Source: Vicinamibacterales bacterium
GTDB taxonomy: Bacteria; Acidobacteriota; Vicinamibacteria; Vicinamibacterales; UBA2999
Direction of reading: 5' to 3'
NCBI GenBank assembly: GCA_050250955.1
Contig: JBFWNR010000004.1
Coordinates: 437,524 to 501,523, forward strand
DNA: 64,000 nucleotides
Made by a program: the position numbers and the translations under genes. The notes below the pieces were generated by a model. That model was not told the DNA's origin. It saw only the letters and a program-made list of their open reading frames with translations, and ran no database searches. Positions 30,562 to 41,759 of this stretch are shown in pieces (within the stretch, counting starts at the first letter, position 1; each line of letters starts with the position of its first letter).

Positions 30562-31841
30562 CTCGGCCCCAGCCTCGGGCCGCCCTGCTGGCGATCGGCA
30601 GCGAGTTGCTGGCACTCGGGCGCGCCGACACGAACTCGCCCTACATCGCCGCCGTGCTGCAGCGCGTCGGCGTCGAGGTGGTGTTCACACAGGTGGTCGG
30701 CGACGATGCCGACGAACTGGCGGCCGCGATGCGCCAGGCGCTGGCGCGCGCCGACCTGGTGGTGTGCACCGGCGGCCTCGGCCCCACCGACGACGATCGC
30801 ACCCGGCCGGTGGCGGCCCGGCTGCTCGGGCTGCCGCTCCACGAGGACGGCGCGCTGGTCGATGCCATGCGCGCCCGGTTCGCGGCCCGCCAGCTGGCCA
30901 TGCCCGAGATCAATCGTCGTCAGGCGATGGTACCGGACGGGGCGACGGTGCTGGCCAACGGGCGCGGCACGGCGCCGGGCCTGTGGCTGCCAACGCCGAC
31001 CGGGGCGATGCTGCTCCTGCCCGGGCCGCCGCGCGAGATGCAGCCGATGCTGGAGGACGCCCTGACCCGGTGCCTGGCGCCGCGCTTCGGTCTCACCCCT
31101 GGGCAGCGCCGCGTCGTCGTCGTCGCCGGTCGCAGCGAGTCGTGGGTCGACGAGCGGCTGGCCCCGCTCTACGTGCCGTGGGCCGCCGAGTCACCGCCGC
31201 TGCGCACCACCGTGCTGGCCAGCCCGGGCGTGATCGAAGTGCACGTGTCGTCGTCGGGAGCGCCGCCGGCGGTGCTGGAGGCGCGGCTGGAATCGGCGGT
31301 GGCGGCGCTGGCCGCGCCGCTCGGCGAGGACGTCGTGAGCACCGACGGCGCCAGCCTCGAGCAGGCCGTCGGCGTCGCGCTCACCGCGCGCGGCTGGCGT
31401 ATCGGCCTGGCCGAGTCCTGCACGGGTGGCCTGGCCACGGCGCGGCTCACCGACGTCGCCGGCAGCAGTGCGTACGTGGACGCCGCGGTCGTCGCCTACA
31501 GCAACGCGGCCAAGACCGCACATCTCGCCGTGCCGGCCGAACTCATCGCCGCACACGGTGCGGTCAGCGAGCCGGTGGCCGTGGCGATGGCCGCCGGCAT
31601 CCGCGCCAGGGGCGGTGTGGAGATCGGCGTGGCCGTCACCGGGATCGCCGGGCCCGGCGGTGGTACCGAGACCAAGCCGGTCGGCACCGTCTGCATCGCC
31701 GTCGACGGGCCCGGTGGCGTCGAGGTGCGGACGTGGCGTTTCACCGGCGACCGCGCCGTGATTCGCGCGCTGGCCGCGTCGACGGCGCTCGACCGGGTCC
31801 GTCGCTACCTGCGGCGCCTGGCCGGGGAGCGCCCGGCGTGA
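30558..31841 (+). CDS. cinA: CinA family protein (MoCF-type domain + nicotinamide-nucleotide amidase PncC domain)
   Basis: AALLAIGSELLALGRADTNSPYIA...VCTGGLGPTDDDRTR...NRRQAMVPDGA...NGRGTAPG, with C-terminal ESCTGGL...VAYSNAAK...GIAGPGGGT. ATG overlaps the pgpA stop (ATGA). Confidence 0.85.
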   Translation: MTRPQPRAALLAIGSELLALGRADTNSPYIAAVLQRVGVEVVFTQVVGDDADELAAAMRQALARADLVVCTGGLGPTDDDRTRPVAARLLGLPLHEDGALVDAMRARFAARQLAMPEINRRQAMVPDGATVLANGRGTAPGLWLPTPTGAMLLLPGPPREMQPMLEDALTRCLAPRFGLTPGQRRVVVVAGRSESWVDERLAPLYVPWAAESPPLRTTVLASPGVIEVHVSSSGAPPAVLEARLESAVAALAAPLGEDVVSTDGASLEQAVGVALTARGWRIGLAESCTGGLATARLTDVAGSSAYVDAAVVAYSNAAKTAHLAVPAELIAAHGAVSEPVAVAMAAGIRARGGVEIGVAVTGIAGPGGGTETKPVGTVCIAVDGPGGVEVRTWRFTGDRAVIRALAASTALDRVRRYLRRLAGERPA

Positions 31842-32434
31842 TCGCCGTCCTGCTCGGCTACCTCGTGGGCTCGCTGCCCGTCGGCCTTCTGCTCGCCCGG
31901 CGATGGAGTGGCGTCGACCCGCGCCGGCGCGGCAGCGGCAATCCGGGGGCCACCAACGTCTATCGGACCGCCGGCTGGGGCGTGGGCTTGAGCGTGATGG
32001 CCCTGGACATGGCCAAAGGTACGGGCGCGGTGCTGCTCGCGTCACGAGTCGGCAGCGGCGAGCCGCTGACCGTGGCCGCCGGCGTCGCGGCGGTGGTCGG
32101 GCACGTGTTCCCGGTATGGCTGCGCGGCCGCGGCGGCAAGGGCGTTGCCACGGCCTGCGGGGTCTTCGCCGCGCTGACGCCAATCGCCACGCTGATCGCG
32201 GCCGCGCTGTTCGTGCTGGTGGTCCTGTCCACGCGTTTCGTGTCGGCCGGGTCGCTGGTGGCGACGCTCGCGCTGCCGCCGGTCGCGGCGCTGGCCGGGG
32301 CCTCGGAGGCGGTTGTGGCCGGTGCCGCGGTGACGGCGCTCGTCGTCGGGTGGCGCCACCGGAGCAACCTCCGGCGGCTGCGCCGCGGCACCGAGCCACG
32401 GCTGGGCCGGCTCGAGGAGAACCGCCGTGCGTAA
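31838..32434 (+). CDS. plsY: Glycerol-3-phosphate acyltransferase PlsY
   Basis: LGYLVGSLPVGLLLAR...DPRRRGSGNPGATNVYR...HVFPVWLRGRGGKGVAT. GTG overlaps the cinA stop (GTGA). Confidence 0.9.
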   Translation: MIAVLLGYLVGSLPVGLLLARRWSGVDPRRRGSGNPGATNVYRTAGWGVGLSVMALDMAKGTGAVLLASRVGSGEPLTVAAGVAAVVGHVFPVWLRGRGGKGVATACGVFAALTPIATLIAAALFVLVVLSTRFVSAGSLVATLALPPVAALAGASEAVVAGAAVTALVVGWRHRSNLRRLRRGTEPRLGRLEENRRA

Positions 32435-33434
32435 GGTCGCCGTCCTTGGTGCCGGCAGCTGGGGCAGCGCGCTGGCGATTCACCTGGCGCGAATCGGACA
32501 CCCGGTGCGGCTCTGGGCCCGTGACGCGGCGCTCGCTGCCGAGATGCAGGCCCGGCGCGCCAACCCGGTGTACCTGCCGGACGCGGTCTTTCCCGATGGG
32601 TTGACCGTCACCGATCGGCTGCCCGACGCGCTGGGTGACGCCGAGCTGGTCGTGGCCGCGGTGCCCTCCCACGGGCTGCGGCTGGTGCTCCGGCAGGCGG
32701 CGCCGCACGTTGCCGGCGACGCGATCGTGCTCAGCGCCACCAAGGGCATCGAAGACGGCTCGCTGCGGCGCATGTCGCAGGTGATCGCCGCCGAGGTGCC
32801 GCACGTCGCCGCGGTCGCCGTGCTGTCGGGGCCGAGCTTTGCCAGCGAGCTGGCCCGCTCGCTGCCGACCGTCGTCGTCGTCGCCTCGCAGCACCCCGAT
32901 GTGGTGCGTCAGGTCCAGGAGGAGTTCCGCTCCGGCGCGATGCGTCTCTACGCCAGCCAGGACGTCGTCGGCGTCGAACTGGGGGGCGCCCTGAAGAACG
33001 TGATCGCCATCGCCGCCGGCGTCGTCGACGGGCTGCAGCTCGGCCACAACGCGCAGGCGGCGCTCATCACCCGCGGTCTGGCCGAGATCTCACGATTGGC
33101 CGTAGCCGCCGGCGGCGATCGCGACACGCTCGCCGGGCTGGCCGGGATGGGCGACCTGGTGCTGACCTGCACCGGTCAGCTCAGTCGCAACCGGCACGTG
33201 GGCGTGGCGCTGGCCGAGGGGCGGGCCCTGCACGACATCGTCGCCAGCACCAAGATGGTCGCCGAGGGGGTGCGGACCACCCGCGCGGCCCTGGCGCTCG
33301 GTGCGGCGCACGGCGTCGAGCTGCCCATCACCGCCCAGGTCGATGCCCTGCTGCAGGGCCGGGTCACGCCGGAGGTCGCCGTCGGCATCCTGATGGGCCG
33401 CCGTCAGCGGGCCGAGTCCGACGCCGCGCGCTGA
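32427..33434 (+). CDS. gpsA: NAD(P)H-dependent glycerol-3-phosphate dehydrogenase
   Basis: VAVLGAGSWGSALA, LSGPSFASE, GALKNVIAIAAG, LTCTGQLSRNRHVG motifs; 335 aa. Confidence 0.9.
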   Translation: MRKVAVLGAGSWGSALAIHLARIGHPVRLWARDAALAAEMQARRANPVYLPDAVFPDGLTVTDRLPDALGDAELVVAAVPSHGLRLVLRQAAPHVAGDAIVLSATKGIEDGSLRRMSQVIAAEVPHVAAVAVLSGPSFASELARSLPTVVVVASQHPDVVRQVQEEFRSGAMRLYASQDVVGVELGGALKNVIAIAAGVVDGLQLGHNAQAALITRGLAEISRLAVAAGGDRDTLAGLAGMGDLVLTCTGQLSRNRHVGVALAEGRALHDIVASTKMVAEGVRTTRAALALGAAHGVELPITAQVDALLQGRVTPEVAVGILMGRRQRAESDAAR

Positions 33435-33471
33435 GCGGCCGCCCTGCGACGGGCTGCTAAGATCTGGAAGG

Positions 33472-34398
33472 ATGGGTCTGTTCGAACGGCTGTCGCAGGG
33501 ACTGTCACGCACGGCGGAGCGCATCGCCGGGCAGTTTGACGCCATCGTCGGGCGCGCCGAGCAGTCGCCGACCGCCGACGGCGGTCTCGACGTCGAGACC
33601 GCCGAGGCGCTCGAGGAGGTGCTGCTCGGCGCCGACGTCGGCGTTGCCGCCACCGGCCGCATCCTGGAGGCGGTGACCCAGGCGGGCGGCCGCGGGACGG
33701 GATTGAAAGCGCGGGTGACCGCGGAGCTGCGCGAGGTCTTTGCCAGGGCCGAGCGCCCGCTGGTCGAGCCGGCCGCCCCGCCCCGGGTGGTGCTCGTCGT
33801 CGGGGTCAACGGCACCGGCAAGACCACCACGGTCGGCAAGCTGGCCCGCCGGCTGCGCGACGACGGCCGACGGCCGCTCATCTGCGCCGCCGACACCTTC
33901 CGCGCCGCAGCGGTCGATCAGCTCCAGGTGTGGGCGACCCGTGCGGGTGTCGACATGGTGCGGGCGCAGGAAGGGTCGGATGCGGCGGCCGTCGTCTTCG
34001 ACGCGCTGGCCGCGGCCAAGGCCCGGGGCGCCGACACCGTGCTCATCGACACCGCCGGGCGGCTGCACACCCGCGTCAACCTGATGAGTGAACTCGACAA
34101 GATCCGGCGGATCGCCGCCCGTGAAGTGCCCGGCGCGCCGCACGAGGTGCTGCTGGTGCTCGACGCCACGGTCGGCCAGAACGGCGTCGCCCAGGCGCGG
34201 GAGTTCGCCGCCGTCGCCGGTGTGACCGGTGTCGTGCTCACCAAGCTCGACGGCACGGCGAAGGGCGGCGTCGCCGTCGCCATCGCCCACGACCTCGGCC
34301 TGCCGATTCGCTACGTCGGGGTCGGTGAGGGCATCGACGATCTGCTGCCGTTCTCGGCCGACGACTACGTCCACGCACTCTTCAAGGCCGGGTGGTGA
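33472..34398 (+). CDS. ftsY: Signal recognition particle receptor FtsY (short form, NG domain only)
   Basis: VGVNGTGKTTTVGKLA, AADTFRAAAVDQL, DTAGRLH, TKLDGTAKGG and IRYVGVGEGIDDL motifs. Confidence 0.9.
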   Translation: MGLFERLSQGLSRTAERIAGQFDAIVGRAEQSPTADGGLDVETAEALEEVLLGADVGVAATGRILEAVTQAGGRGTGLKARVTAELREVFARAERPLVEPAAPPRVVLVVGVNGTGKTTTVGKLARRLRDDGRRPLICAADTFRAAAVDQLQVWATRAGVDMVRAQEGSDAAAVVFDALAAAKARGADTVLIDTAGRLHTRVNLMSELDKIRRIAAREVPGAPHEVLLVLDATVGQNGVAQAREFAAVAGVTGVVLTKLDGTAKGGVAVAIAHDLGLPIRYVGVGEGIDDLLPFSADDYVHALFKAGW

Positions 34399-35474
34399 GC
34401 GACAGCACCTACATGCGGCGGGCGATGTTCCACGCCGCCCGGGCCACCGGCGCGACGACGCCCAACCCGGTCGTCGGCGCCGTGGTCGTCGATGCCGACG
34501 GGGTCGTCGTCGGCCAGGGGCACCATGCGCGGGCCGGCGGACCGCACGCCGAGGTCAACGCGCTGGCCGAGGCCGGGGCGCGGGCCCGCGGCGCGACCGT
34601 CTACGTGACGCTCGAGCCGTGCTGCCACACCGGGCGCACCGGCCCGTGCACCGAGCAGATTCTGGCCGCCGGGGTCCGCCGGGTGGTCGCCGCGACGCTG
34701 GATCCGTATCCGCTGGTGGCGGGCCGGGGCGTGGCGACGTTGCGGGCGGCCGGGGTCGCCGTCGATGTCGGCGTCGAGGCCGAGGCCGCACGGCGCCTGA
34801 ACGCCGCCTACCTCATGGCGACCGAATGCCGGCGGCCCTGCATCGTGGTCAAGGCGGCGGTGAGCAGCGACGGACGGATCGCCGCCGCGCCCGGTCGCCG
34901 GACGCCGATCACGGGGCGCGAAGCGCGCCACCGCGTGGCCCGCCTGCGCGCCAGCGTCGATGCCATCGCCGTCGGCGTCGGAACGGTGCTCGCCGACGAC
35001 CCCCGCCTCGGCGTCCGCGAGGTGGTGCGCGATCGCCCATGGTCGCGCGTGATCTTCGATCGACGTCTGCGCACCCCGCTCGAGAGCACGCTGCTGTCGA
35101 CGCCGGATGATGGGCAGGTGATAATGGTCACGGCCGGCGACGCCCTGGACGCACACGGGCCCCGCGTGGCGGCGCTGCGCCGCCGTGGCGCGCTCGTGGT
35201 CGCGGCCGAGACCCTCGAATCGGCGTGCCGGCAGCTGGCAGGGCTCGGCCTGCAGGCGGTGCTCGTCGAAGGCGGGGCGGAACTGCACCGGAGTCTCTGG
35301 GAAGCGGACCTGGTCGACCGCATGCACCTGGTCGTGGCGCCGCAAGCGCTCGGCCCGGCCGGTGTGCCGCTGTTCGGCGGATTCGGTGTGCCGTGGTCAC
35401 GGCTCGACGTCGTCCGCGCCGAGCCGTGCGGCCGCGACGTGTGGATCGAGGCTGATGTTCACAGGCATCGTTGA
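34392..35474 (+). CDS. ribD: Bifunctional riboflavin biosynthesis deaminase/reductase RibD
   Basis: YMRRAMFHAARATGATTPNPVVGAVVV, HAEVNAL, TLEPCCHTGRTGPC, then the reductase domain (VKAAVSSDGRIA...VEGGAEL). Start is GTG 34392 or GTG 34395 (GTGA overlap with ftsY). Confidence 0.9.
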   Translation: MVSDSTYMRRAMFHAARATGATTPNPVVGAVVVDADGVVVGQGHHARAGGPHAEVNALAEAGARARGATVYVTLEPCCHTGRTGPCTEQILAAGVRRVVAATLDPYPLVAGRGVATLRAAGVAVDVGVEAEAARRLNAAYLMATECRRPCIVVKAAVSSDGRIAAAPGRRTPITGREARHRVARLRASVDAIAVGVGTVLADDPRLGVREVVRDRPWSRVIFDRRLRTPLESTLLSTPDDGQVIMVTAGDALDAHGPRVAALRRRGALVVAAETLESACRQLAGLGLQAVLVEGGAELHRSLWEADLVDRMHLVVAPQALGPAGVPLFGGFGVPWSRLDVVRAEPCGRDVWIEADVHRHR

Positions 35475-36066
35475 GCAGATGGGCACGCTGGTCGAACTCA
35501 AGCCGATGGCCGGCGGCTATCGGCTGCGCGTCGAGGCGGCGCTCGCCGCCGACGTGCAGCCCGGCGACAGCGTGGCGGTGAACGGCGTGTGCCTGACCGC
35601 CCTGGTCGCCCATCGCAGCGAACTGCACGCCGACATCGGACCCGAGACCGCCCGCATCACGACGATCGGCGCGATGACCCGCGGCGCCGCGGTCAACCTG
35701 GAGCGGCCGCTGCGCGCCGACGGGCGAGTCGGCGGGCACTTCGTGCTCGGCCACGTCGACGGTGTCGGGACCGTCGACGACGTGCGCGCCGAGGGCGGCA
35801 GCCACTGGGTCACGGTGACCTATCCGCCGTCGCTCGCCGCCTTGTTCATCCGCAAGGGGAGCGTGGCCGTGGACGGGGTCAGTCTCACCGTCGCCGGCCT
35901 CGACGACCGCCACTTCGACGTCCAGGTGATCCCCTACACCTGGAGCCATACGACGCTCGGCCGCCTCCGGCCCGGCGACAAGGTCAACCTCGAGTGCGAT
36001 GTCCTCGGCAAGTACGTGGCCAGGGCCTCGGAACTCGCCACGCTGCCGGACCGCCGGCGGCACTGA
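35455..36066 (+). CDS. ribE: Riboflavin synthase (alpha chain)
   Basis: [12 protein letters not shown]...[12 protein letters not shown]... with a second lumazine-binding repeat [12 protein letters not shown]. Overlaps ribD by 20 nt. Confidence 0.9.
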   Translation: MFTGIVEQMGTLVELKPMAGGYRLRVEAALAADVQPGDSVAVNGVCLTALVAHRSELHADIGPETARITTIGAMTRGAAVNLERPLRADGRVGGHFVLGHVDGVGTVDDVRAEGGSHWVTVTYPPSLAALFIRKGSVAVDGVSLTVAGLDDRHFDVQVIPYTWSHTTLGRLRPGDKVNLECDVLGKYVARASELATLPDRRRH

Positions 36067-36089
36067 CGGACGCGCAGACGCCGACCCGC

Positions 36090-37373
<1,284 letters not shown>

Positions 37374-37398
37374 GGCCGGCCGGCCCGTGGCGCCCGGA

Positions 37399-37428
37399 TT
37401 GACCGCCCCGTCGAAGCTCGCGTAGGAT
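37399..37428 (+). promoter_or_regulatory. Candidate promoter TTGACC-N18-TAGGAT upstream of ffh
   Basis: TTGACC at 37399-37404 and TAGGAT at 37423-37428, in the only sizeable gap (140 nt) of this gene string. Confidence 0.3.
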
Positions 37429-37513
37429 AAGGGTTTGCGCCACGCGGGCAGGAGTGTGCCAGGAGACCGGGTCGCCGGTCGGGGCACCGCCGCTCCGGCG
37501 CGACCGTAGGCCC

Positions 37514-38875
37514 ATGTTCGACGCCCTGAGCACCAGGCTCCAAGACGTCTTCCAGTCGCTGGGGGGCGAGGTCCGCCTCACTCCCGAGACGACCGAGCGG
37601 GTGCTGCGCGACATCCGGACGGCGCTGCTCGAGGCCGACGTCAACCTGCAGGTCGTCAAGGCGTTCGTCGACCGCGTCCGCGACCGGGCGTTCGAACAGG
37701 CGGTTCAGGCCAGCCTGTCGCCGGCCCAGCAGGTCGTCAAGATCGTGCGCGACGAGCTGCTCGGTCTTTTCGGCGACGCCAAGGGCGGGCTGTCGCCCGG
37801 CGCCGCGCACCCGCGGGTGATCCTGATGCTCGGGCTGCAGGGCTCGGGCAAGACCACGACGACCGGCAAGCTGGCCCGCATGCTGGCCAGGCAGGGGCGG
37901 TTTCCCCTGGTGGTGTCGACCGATGTGCGCCGCCCGGCGGCCATCGAGCAGCTGGCGATCGTCGGCCAGAAAGCCGGGGTGCGGGTGTTCGACCCGGCCG
38001 GCAATCTGGACCCGGTGTCGCGCGCCAAGGGGGCGATGGCCGAAGCCCGCAACACCGGCTGCGACGTCGTCATCGTCGACACCGCCGGCCGCCTGCACAT
38101 CGACGACGAGCTGATGGCGGAACTGGTCGCCATCAAGGCCACGGTCCGCCCCTCGGACCTGCTCTACGTCGCCGACGCCATGACCGGCCAGGACGCCATC
38201 AAGAGCGCCGGCGAGTTCAATCGCCAGGTCGGCGTCACCGGCGTGGTGCTGTCGAAGGTCGACGGCGACGCCCGCGGCGGCGCGGCGCTGTCGGTGGTGT
38301 CGGTGGTCGGCGTGCCGATCGCCTTCGTCGGCGCCGGCGAGCGGCTCGAGGACCTCGAGGCCTTCCATGCCGACCGGTTCGTGTCGCGGCTGCTCGGGAT
38401 GGGCGACGTGCTGTCGCTCATCGAGAAGGCCGAGGAGGTCATCGACCCGGCGCAGGCCGACGACCTCGAGCAGAAGATCCGCCGGAACACCTTCAGCCTC
38501 GGCGACTTCCGCGATCAGCTCCGCACGCTGCGCAAGATGGGCCCGCTCGAGCACATCATGAAGCTCCTGCCGGGAATGGGGCAGTTGAAGGCGCTCGGCG
38601 ACGCCAAGCCGGACGAGCGGCAGCTGCGCCGCATCGAGGCCATCATCAACTCGATGACGCCGGAGGAGCGCGACCACGCCGAGGTGATCGACGGCAGCCG
38701 CCGCAAGCGGATTGCCCGCGGCAGCGGCACCTCGGTGGAAGACGTCAACCGGCTGCTCAAGCAGTACGCCGAGATGCGCAAGATGCTCAAGATGGTGGGG
38801 CAGATGACGGGCGAGGCGGTGCCCGAGGCCCCCAGGAAGCGGAAGAAGAAGGGGCCCTTCAGCCTCATGAAGTAG
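37514..38875 (+). CDS. ffh: Signal recognition particle protein Ffh
   Basis: MFDALSTRLQDVFQSL..., GLQGSGKTTTTGKLA, DTAGRLH, SKVDGDARGG, a Met-rich M domain, and a basic tail. The track start at 37454 adds non-homologous residues. Confidence 0.95.
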   Translation: MFDALSTRLQDVFQSLGGEVRLTPETTERVLRDIRTALLEADVNLQVVKAFVDRVRDRAFEQAVQASLSPAQQVVKIVRDELLGLFGDAKGGLSPGAAHPRVILMLGLQGSGKTTTTGKLARMLARQGRFPLVVSTDVRRPAAIEQLAIVGQKAGVRVFDPAGNLDPVSRAKGAMAEARNTGCDVVIVDTAGRLHIDDELMAELVAIKATVRPSDLLYVADAMTGQDAIKSAGEFNRQVGVTGVVLSKVDGDARGGAALSVVSVVGVPIAFVGAGERLEDLEAFHADRFVSRLLGMGDVLSLIEKAEEVIDPAQADDLEQKIRRNTFSLGDFRDQLRTLRKMGPLEHIMKLLPGMGQLKALGDAKPDERQLRRIEAIINSMTPEERDHAEVIDGSRRKRIARGSGTSVEDVNRLLKQYAEMRKMLKMVGQMTGEAVPEAPRKRKKKGPFSLMK

Positions 38876-38909
38876 CCGCGGCGGCTACGCGGAAAGAGGA
38901 CACAGTCAT

Positions 38910-39200
38910 ATGTTGGTCATTCGCATGCGTCGGACCGGGTCGAAGAAGCGGCCCCACTACCGGGTGGTCGTCACCGAGCGGCGATCGCCGCGCGAAGGCG
39001 GGTTCATCGAGACGCTGGGCTTCTACAATCCGCGCACGAAACCGGCCGTCGTCGACGTGAACAGGGACCGCATCGCGCACTGGATCAAGCAGGGCGCGCA
39101 GCCGTCCGACTCGGTGCGGACGCTGCTGGCCCGTCACGTCACGCGCGACCTGGGGGCGGTGGCGCCGGTGACGGCCGACTCGGCCGCGCCGCAGGCGTAG
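38910..39200 (+). CDS. rpsP: 30S ribosomal protein S16
   Basis: MLVIRMRRTGSKKRPHYRVVVTERRSPREGGFIETLGFYNP. GAGGA Shine-Dalgarno lies 9 nt upstream. Confidence 0.95.
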   Translation: MLVIRMRRTGSKKRPHYRVVVTERRSPREGGFIETLGFYNPRTKPAVVDVNRDRIAHWIKQGAQPSDSVRTLLARHVTRDLGAVAPVTADSAAPQA

Positions 39201-39215
39201 GCGGGGGACACGGTC

Positions 39216-39470
39216 GTGCCCGAGCTCAAGGCGCTGGTCGAGATCGTCGCCAAGGCGCTCGCCGACGAGCCCGCCGCCGTGGCGGTTACCGAGTCGGAGC
39301 GCCGCGGCGGCCTGCACTTCGAACTGCACGTCGCCCCGGGAGACCTGGGCCGCGTCATCGGCCGCCAGGGGCGGACGGCGGCGGCCCTGCGGCTGCTGCT
39401 GGCTGCGGCCGCCGACCTCGATGGACAGCGCATCCAGCTCGACATCCGCGACTCCTCGGGACGGCGCTGA
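39216..39470 (+). CDS. KH-domain RNA-binding protein (UPF0109/YlqC family)
   Basis: LVEIVAKALADEP... and GDLGRVIGRQGRTAAALRLLL (KH GxxG loop). Sits in the conserved rpsP-rimM position. Confidence 0.8.
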   Translation: MPELKALVEIVAKALADEPAAVAVTESERRGGLHFELHVAPGDLGRVIGRQGRTAAALRLLLAAAADLDGQRIQLDIRDSSGRR

Positions 39471-39492
39471 GCCGCCCGACGCCTGGGAGGAG

Positions 39493-40020
39493 ATGTGGCT
39501 GGTCGGCGTGGTCGCCAGGGCCCAGGGGCACCGTGGCGACGTGATCGTCAACGCGACGACCGACGTCCCTGACGAGCGGTTCGCCGTCGGCACGCGGTTG
39601 TGGTGCCGCTGGCGGTCGGGGCTGACCACCGAGGTGACGGTGGAGACGTTCCGGATGCACCAGGGCCGCCCCGTGGTGCGGTTCGCCGGCATCGCCTCGA
39701 TGAACGACGCCGAGGCGCTGGCGGGAGCGGAATTGCGGGTGCCGAACGCGGCGCGCCGGGCGCTGCCGGCGCACGTGTACTACGTGCACGATCTGGTCGG
39801 CTGCGTGGTGTGGACCACCGCCGGCCGCGAGGTCGGCGCGGTGAGGGCCGTGGAGGGCGACGGCGAGGCGACGCGCCTGGTCGTCGCCGGCGGGGGCGGC
39901 GACGTGCTGGTGCCGTTCACCCAGGCGTTCTGCACGGTGGACGTCGCGCGGCGGCGGATCGACCTGGCGCCGCCCGACGGCCTGCTCGAGGTGAACGAGC
40001 GGCCGGGCCGGCGAGAGTGA
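39493..40020 (+). CDS. rimM: Ribosome maturation factor RimM
   Basis: VGVVARAQGHRGDVIV..., a PRC-barrel C-terminus (VHDLVGCVVWT..GREVGAVRAV). ATG 39493 is preceded by GGGAGGAG. Confidence 0.85.
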   Translation: MWLVGVVARAQGHRGDVIVNATTDVPDERFAVGTRLWCRWRSGLTTEVTVETFRMHQGRPVVRFAGIASMNDAEALAGAELRVPNAARRALPAHVYYVHDLVGCVVWTTAGREVGAVRAVEGDGEATRLVVAGGGGDVLVPFTQAFCTVDVARRRIDLAPPDGLLEVNERPGRRE

Positions 40021-40742
40021 CGGTGGCGGGTGTGGTGACGTTCGACGTCGTCACGATCTTCCCGCGGATGGTGGAGGCGGCGCTGGCCGAAGGCGTGGTC
40101 GGCCGGGCACGCCAGGACGGAGTGTTCGCCGTCCACGTGCACGACCTGCGGGACTACACGAGCGACCGCCACCGGGTGGTCGACGACGTGCCGTTCGGCG
40201 GCGGGCCGGGGATGGTGCTGAAGGCCGAGCCGTTCTACCTGGCAGTCCAGGCGGTGCGGGCCGGCTGGGGCGGCGGCGACGGGCTGGTGGTGATCACGAG
40301 CCCGGCCGGCCGACGGTTCGATCAGGCGGCGGCGCGGCGGATGGCCGGCATCGGCCGGGTCGCGTGGCTCTGCGGACGCTACGAAGGCATCGACGAGCGT
40401 CTCGGTGAGGCGGTCGGTGCCGAAGAGTGGTCGATTGGCGACTACGTGCTGAGCGGCGGCGAGCTGCCGGCGCTGGTGATGCTGGATGCGGTGGCCCGCC
40501 TGATTCCGGGTGTGGTCGGGGATGCACAGTCGGTGGCCGAGGACTCGTTCTCGGCGGGCCGGCTCGACCATCCCCATTACACCCGTCCGGCGGTGTGGCG
40601 GGACGTGGCGGTGCCCGACGTGCTGGTGTCGGGACATCACGGCGAGATCGAGCGGTGGCGCCGCCAGGCGGCCGAGGCGCGCACGCGGGCGCGACGGCCC
40701 GACCTGGCAGTACCGCCGCCGGACGACGAAGGGAACGGGTGA
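40017..40742 (+). CDS. trmD: tRNA (guanine37-N1)-methyltransferase TrmD
   Basis: [56 protein letters not shown] and [10 protein letters not shown] motifs. The start is one of the GTGs at 40017 (GTGA overlap with rimM), 40023, 40032 or 40035. Confidence 0.9.
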   Translation: MTVAGVVTFDVVTIFPRMVEAALAEGVVGRARQDGVFAVHVHDLRDYTSDRHRVVDDVPFGGGPGMVLKAEPFYLAVQAVRAGWGGGDGLVVITSPAGRRFDQAAARRMAGIGRVAWLCGRYEGIDERLGEAVGAEEWSIGDYVLSGGELPALVMLDAVARLIPGVVGDAQSVAEDSFSAGRLDHPHYTRPAVWRDVAVPDVLVSGHHGEIERWRRQAAEARTRARRPDLAVPPPDDEGNG

Positions 40743-40747
40743 CGGTC

Positions 40748-41098
40748 ATGGATGCAGTGGGGATCATCGAGAAGGCACAGACGGTGGCGCGGCCGGCGAT
40801 GCAGTCCGGCGACACGGTCAAGGTGCACGTGCGGGTCAAGGAAGGCGACAAGGAGCGCATCCAGATCTTCGAAGGCATCGTGATCAACCTGCGGCGGGGC
40901 GGGACGCGCGCCTCGTTCACGGTGCGCAAGGTCAGCTTCGGCCAGGGGGTGGAGCGCATCTTCCCGCTGCACTCGCCGGTGATCCAGAAGATCGACGTCG
41001 TGCGATCGGCCAAGGTGCGGCAGGCCAAGCTCTACTACCTGCGCGCGCTGAAGGGCAAGGCCGCCCGCATGCGCGAAGTCAAGAAGGCCAGCGCCTAG
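40748..41098 (+). CDS. rplS: 50S ribosomal protein L19
   Basis: [57 protein letters not shown]. Confidence 0.95.
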   Translation: MDAVGIIEKAQTVARPAMQSGDTVKVHVRVKEGDKERIQIFEGIVINLRRGGTRASFTVRKVSFGQGVERIFPLHSPVIQKIDVVRSAKVRQAKLYYLRALKGKAARMREVKKASA

Positions 41099-41123
41099 GG
41101 CATCGGCCGACGCCGGGCTGGGC

Positions 41124-41747
41124 ATGCCGCGGATCCGGGCCCGCCGCACCATCGAGAACCTGTATCGCCGCTACGGGTTCGGTCTGGTCGCCGGTGTGGA
41201 CGAGGTCGGTCGCGGTTGCCTGGCCGGCCCGGTCCTGGCCGGTGCCGTCGTGCTCGACCCGGCCCGGCACATCCCCGGCCTGGCCGACTCCAAGGCTCTC
41301 ACCGCGGCGGCCCGCGATCGCCTGTACGACCTCATCTGCCGGCGCGCCCTGGCCTGGGCGGTGGGTAGTGCAGACCCTGCCGAGATCGACCGATACAACA
41401 TCCATCGAGCGTCGCTGCGCGCCATGGCACGGGCCGTGGGGCAGCTGGCGCCACAACCCGATCTCGTGCTCGTGGACGCCTTTCGCATCGACGGTCTGAC
41501 CATGGCCCAGCACGCCGTCATCGGCGGGGACCGCCGCTGCGCGGCGATCGCCGCCGCGTCGATCGTCGCCAAGGTGACGCGCGACCGGCTGATGGACGGC
41601 CTGCACGTCGCCGACGGTCGGTACGGGTTCGATCGGCACAAGGGCTACGCGACGGCCGACCACCTCGCGGCGGTGGCGGCGTTCGGCTATTCACCGGCGC
41701 ACCGGCGGTCGTTCAGGCCGGCGACGCTGTTTGATACTCTGGACTGA
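41124..41747 (+). CDS. rnhB: Ribonuclease HII
   Basis: VAGVDEVGRGCLAGPVLAGAVVL, DSKALT, ASIVAKVTRD, GYSPAHRRSF. Confidence 0.9.
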   Translation: MPRIRARRTIENLYRRYGFGLVAGVDEVGRGCLAGPVLAGAVVLDPARHIPGLADSKALTAAARDRLYDLICRRALAWAVGSADPAEIDRYNIHRASLRAMARAVGQLAPQPDLVLVDAFRIDGLTMAQHAVIGGDRRCAAIAAASIVAKVTRDRLMDGLHVADGRYGFDRHKGYATADHLAAVAAFGYSPAHRRSFRPATLFDTLD

Positions 41748-41759
41748 GGACGAACCACC

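Noticed and set aside
34300-34400. An FMN riboswitch before ribD, and by analogy a TPP riboswitch before the thiE-like gene at 43961.
   Set aside because: Both genes start inside or directly at the end of the preceding coding sequence. No non-coding space exists for an aptamer.
37374-37513. An SRP (4.5S) RNA or other known ncRNA in the 140-nt gap upstream of ffh.
   Set aside because: It lacks the conserved domain IV features (GGAA-type tetraloop and the symmetric-loop AGCA / GGAAG motif) that I would expect. It is better explained as a promoter plus a structured leader.
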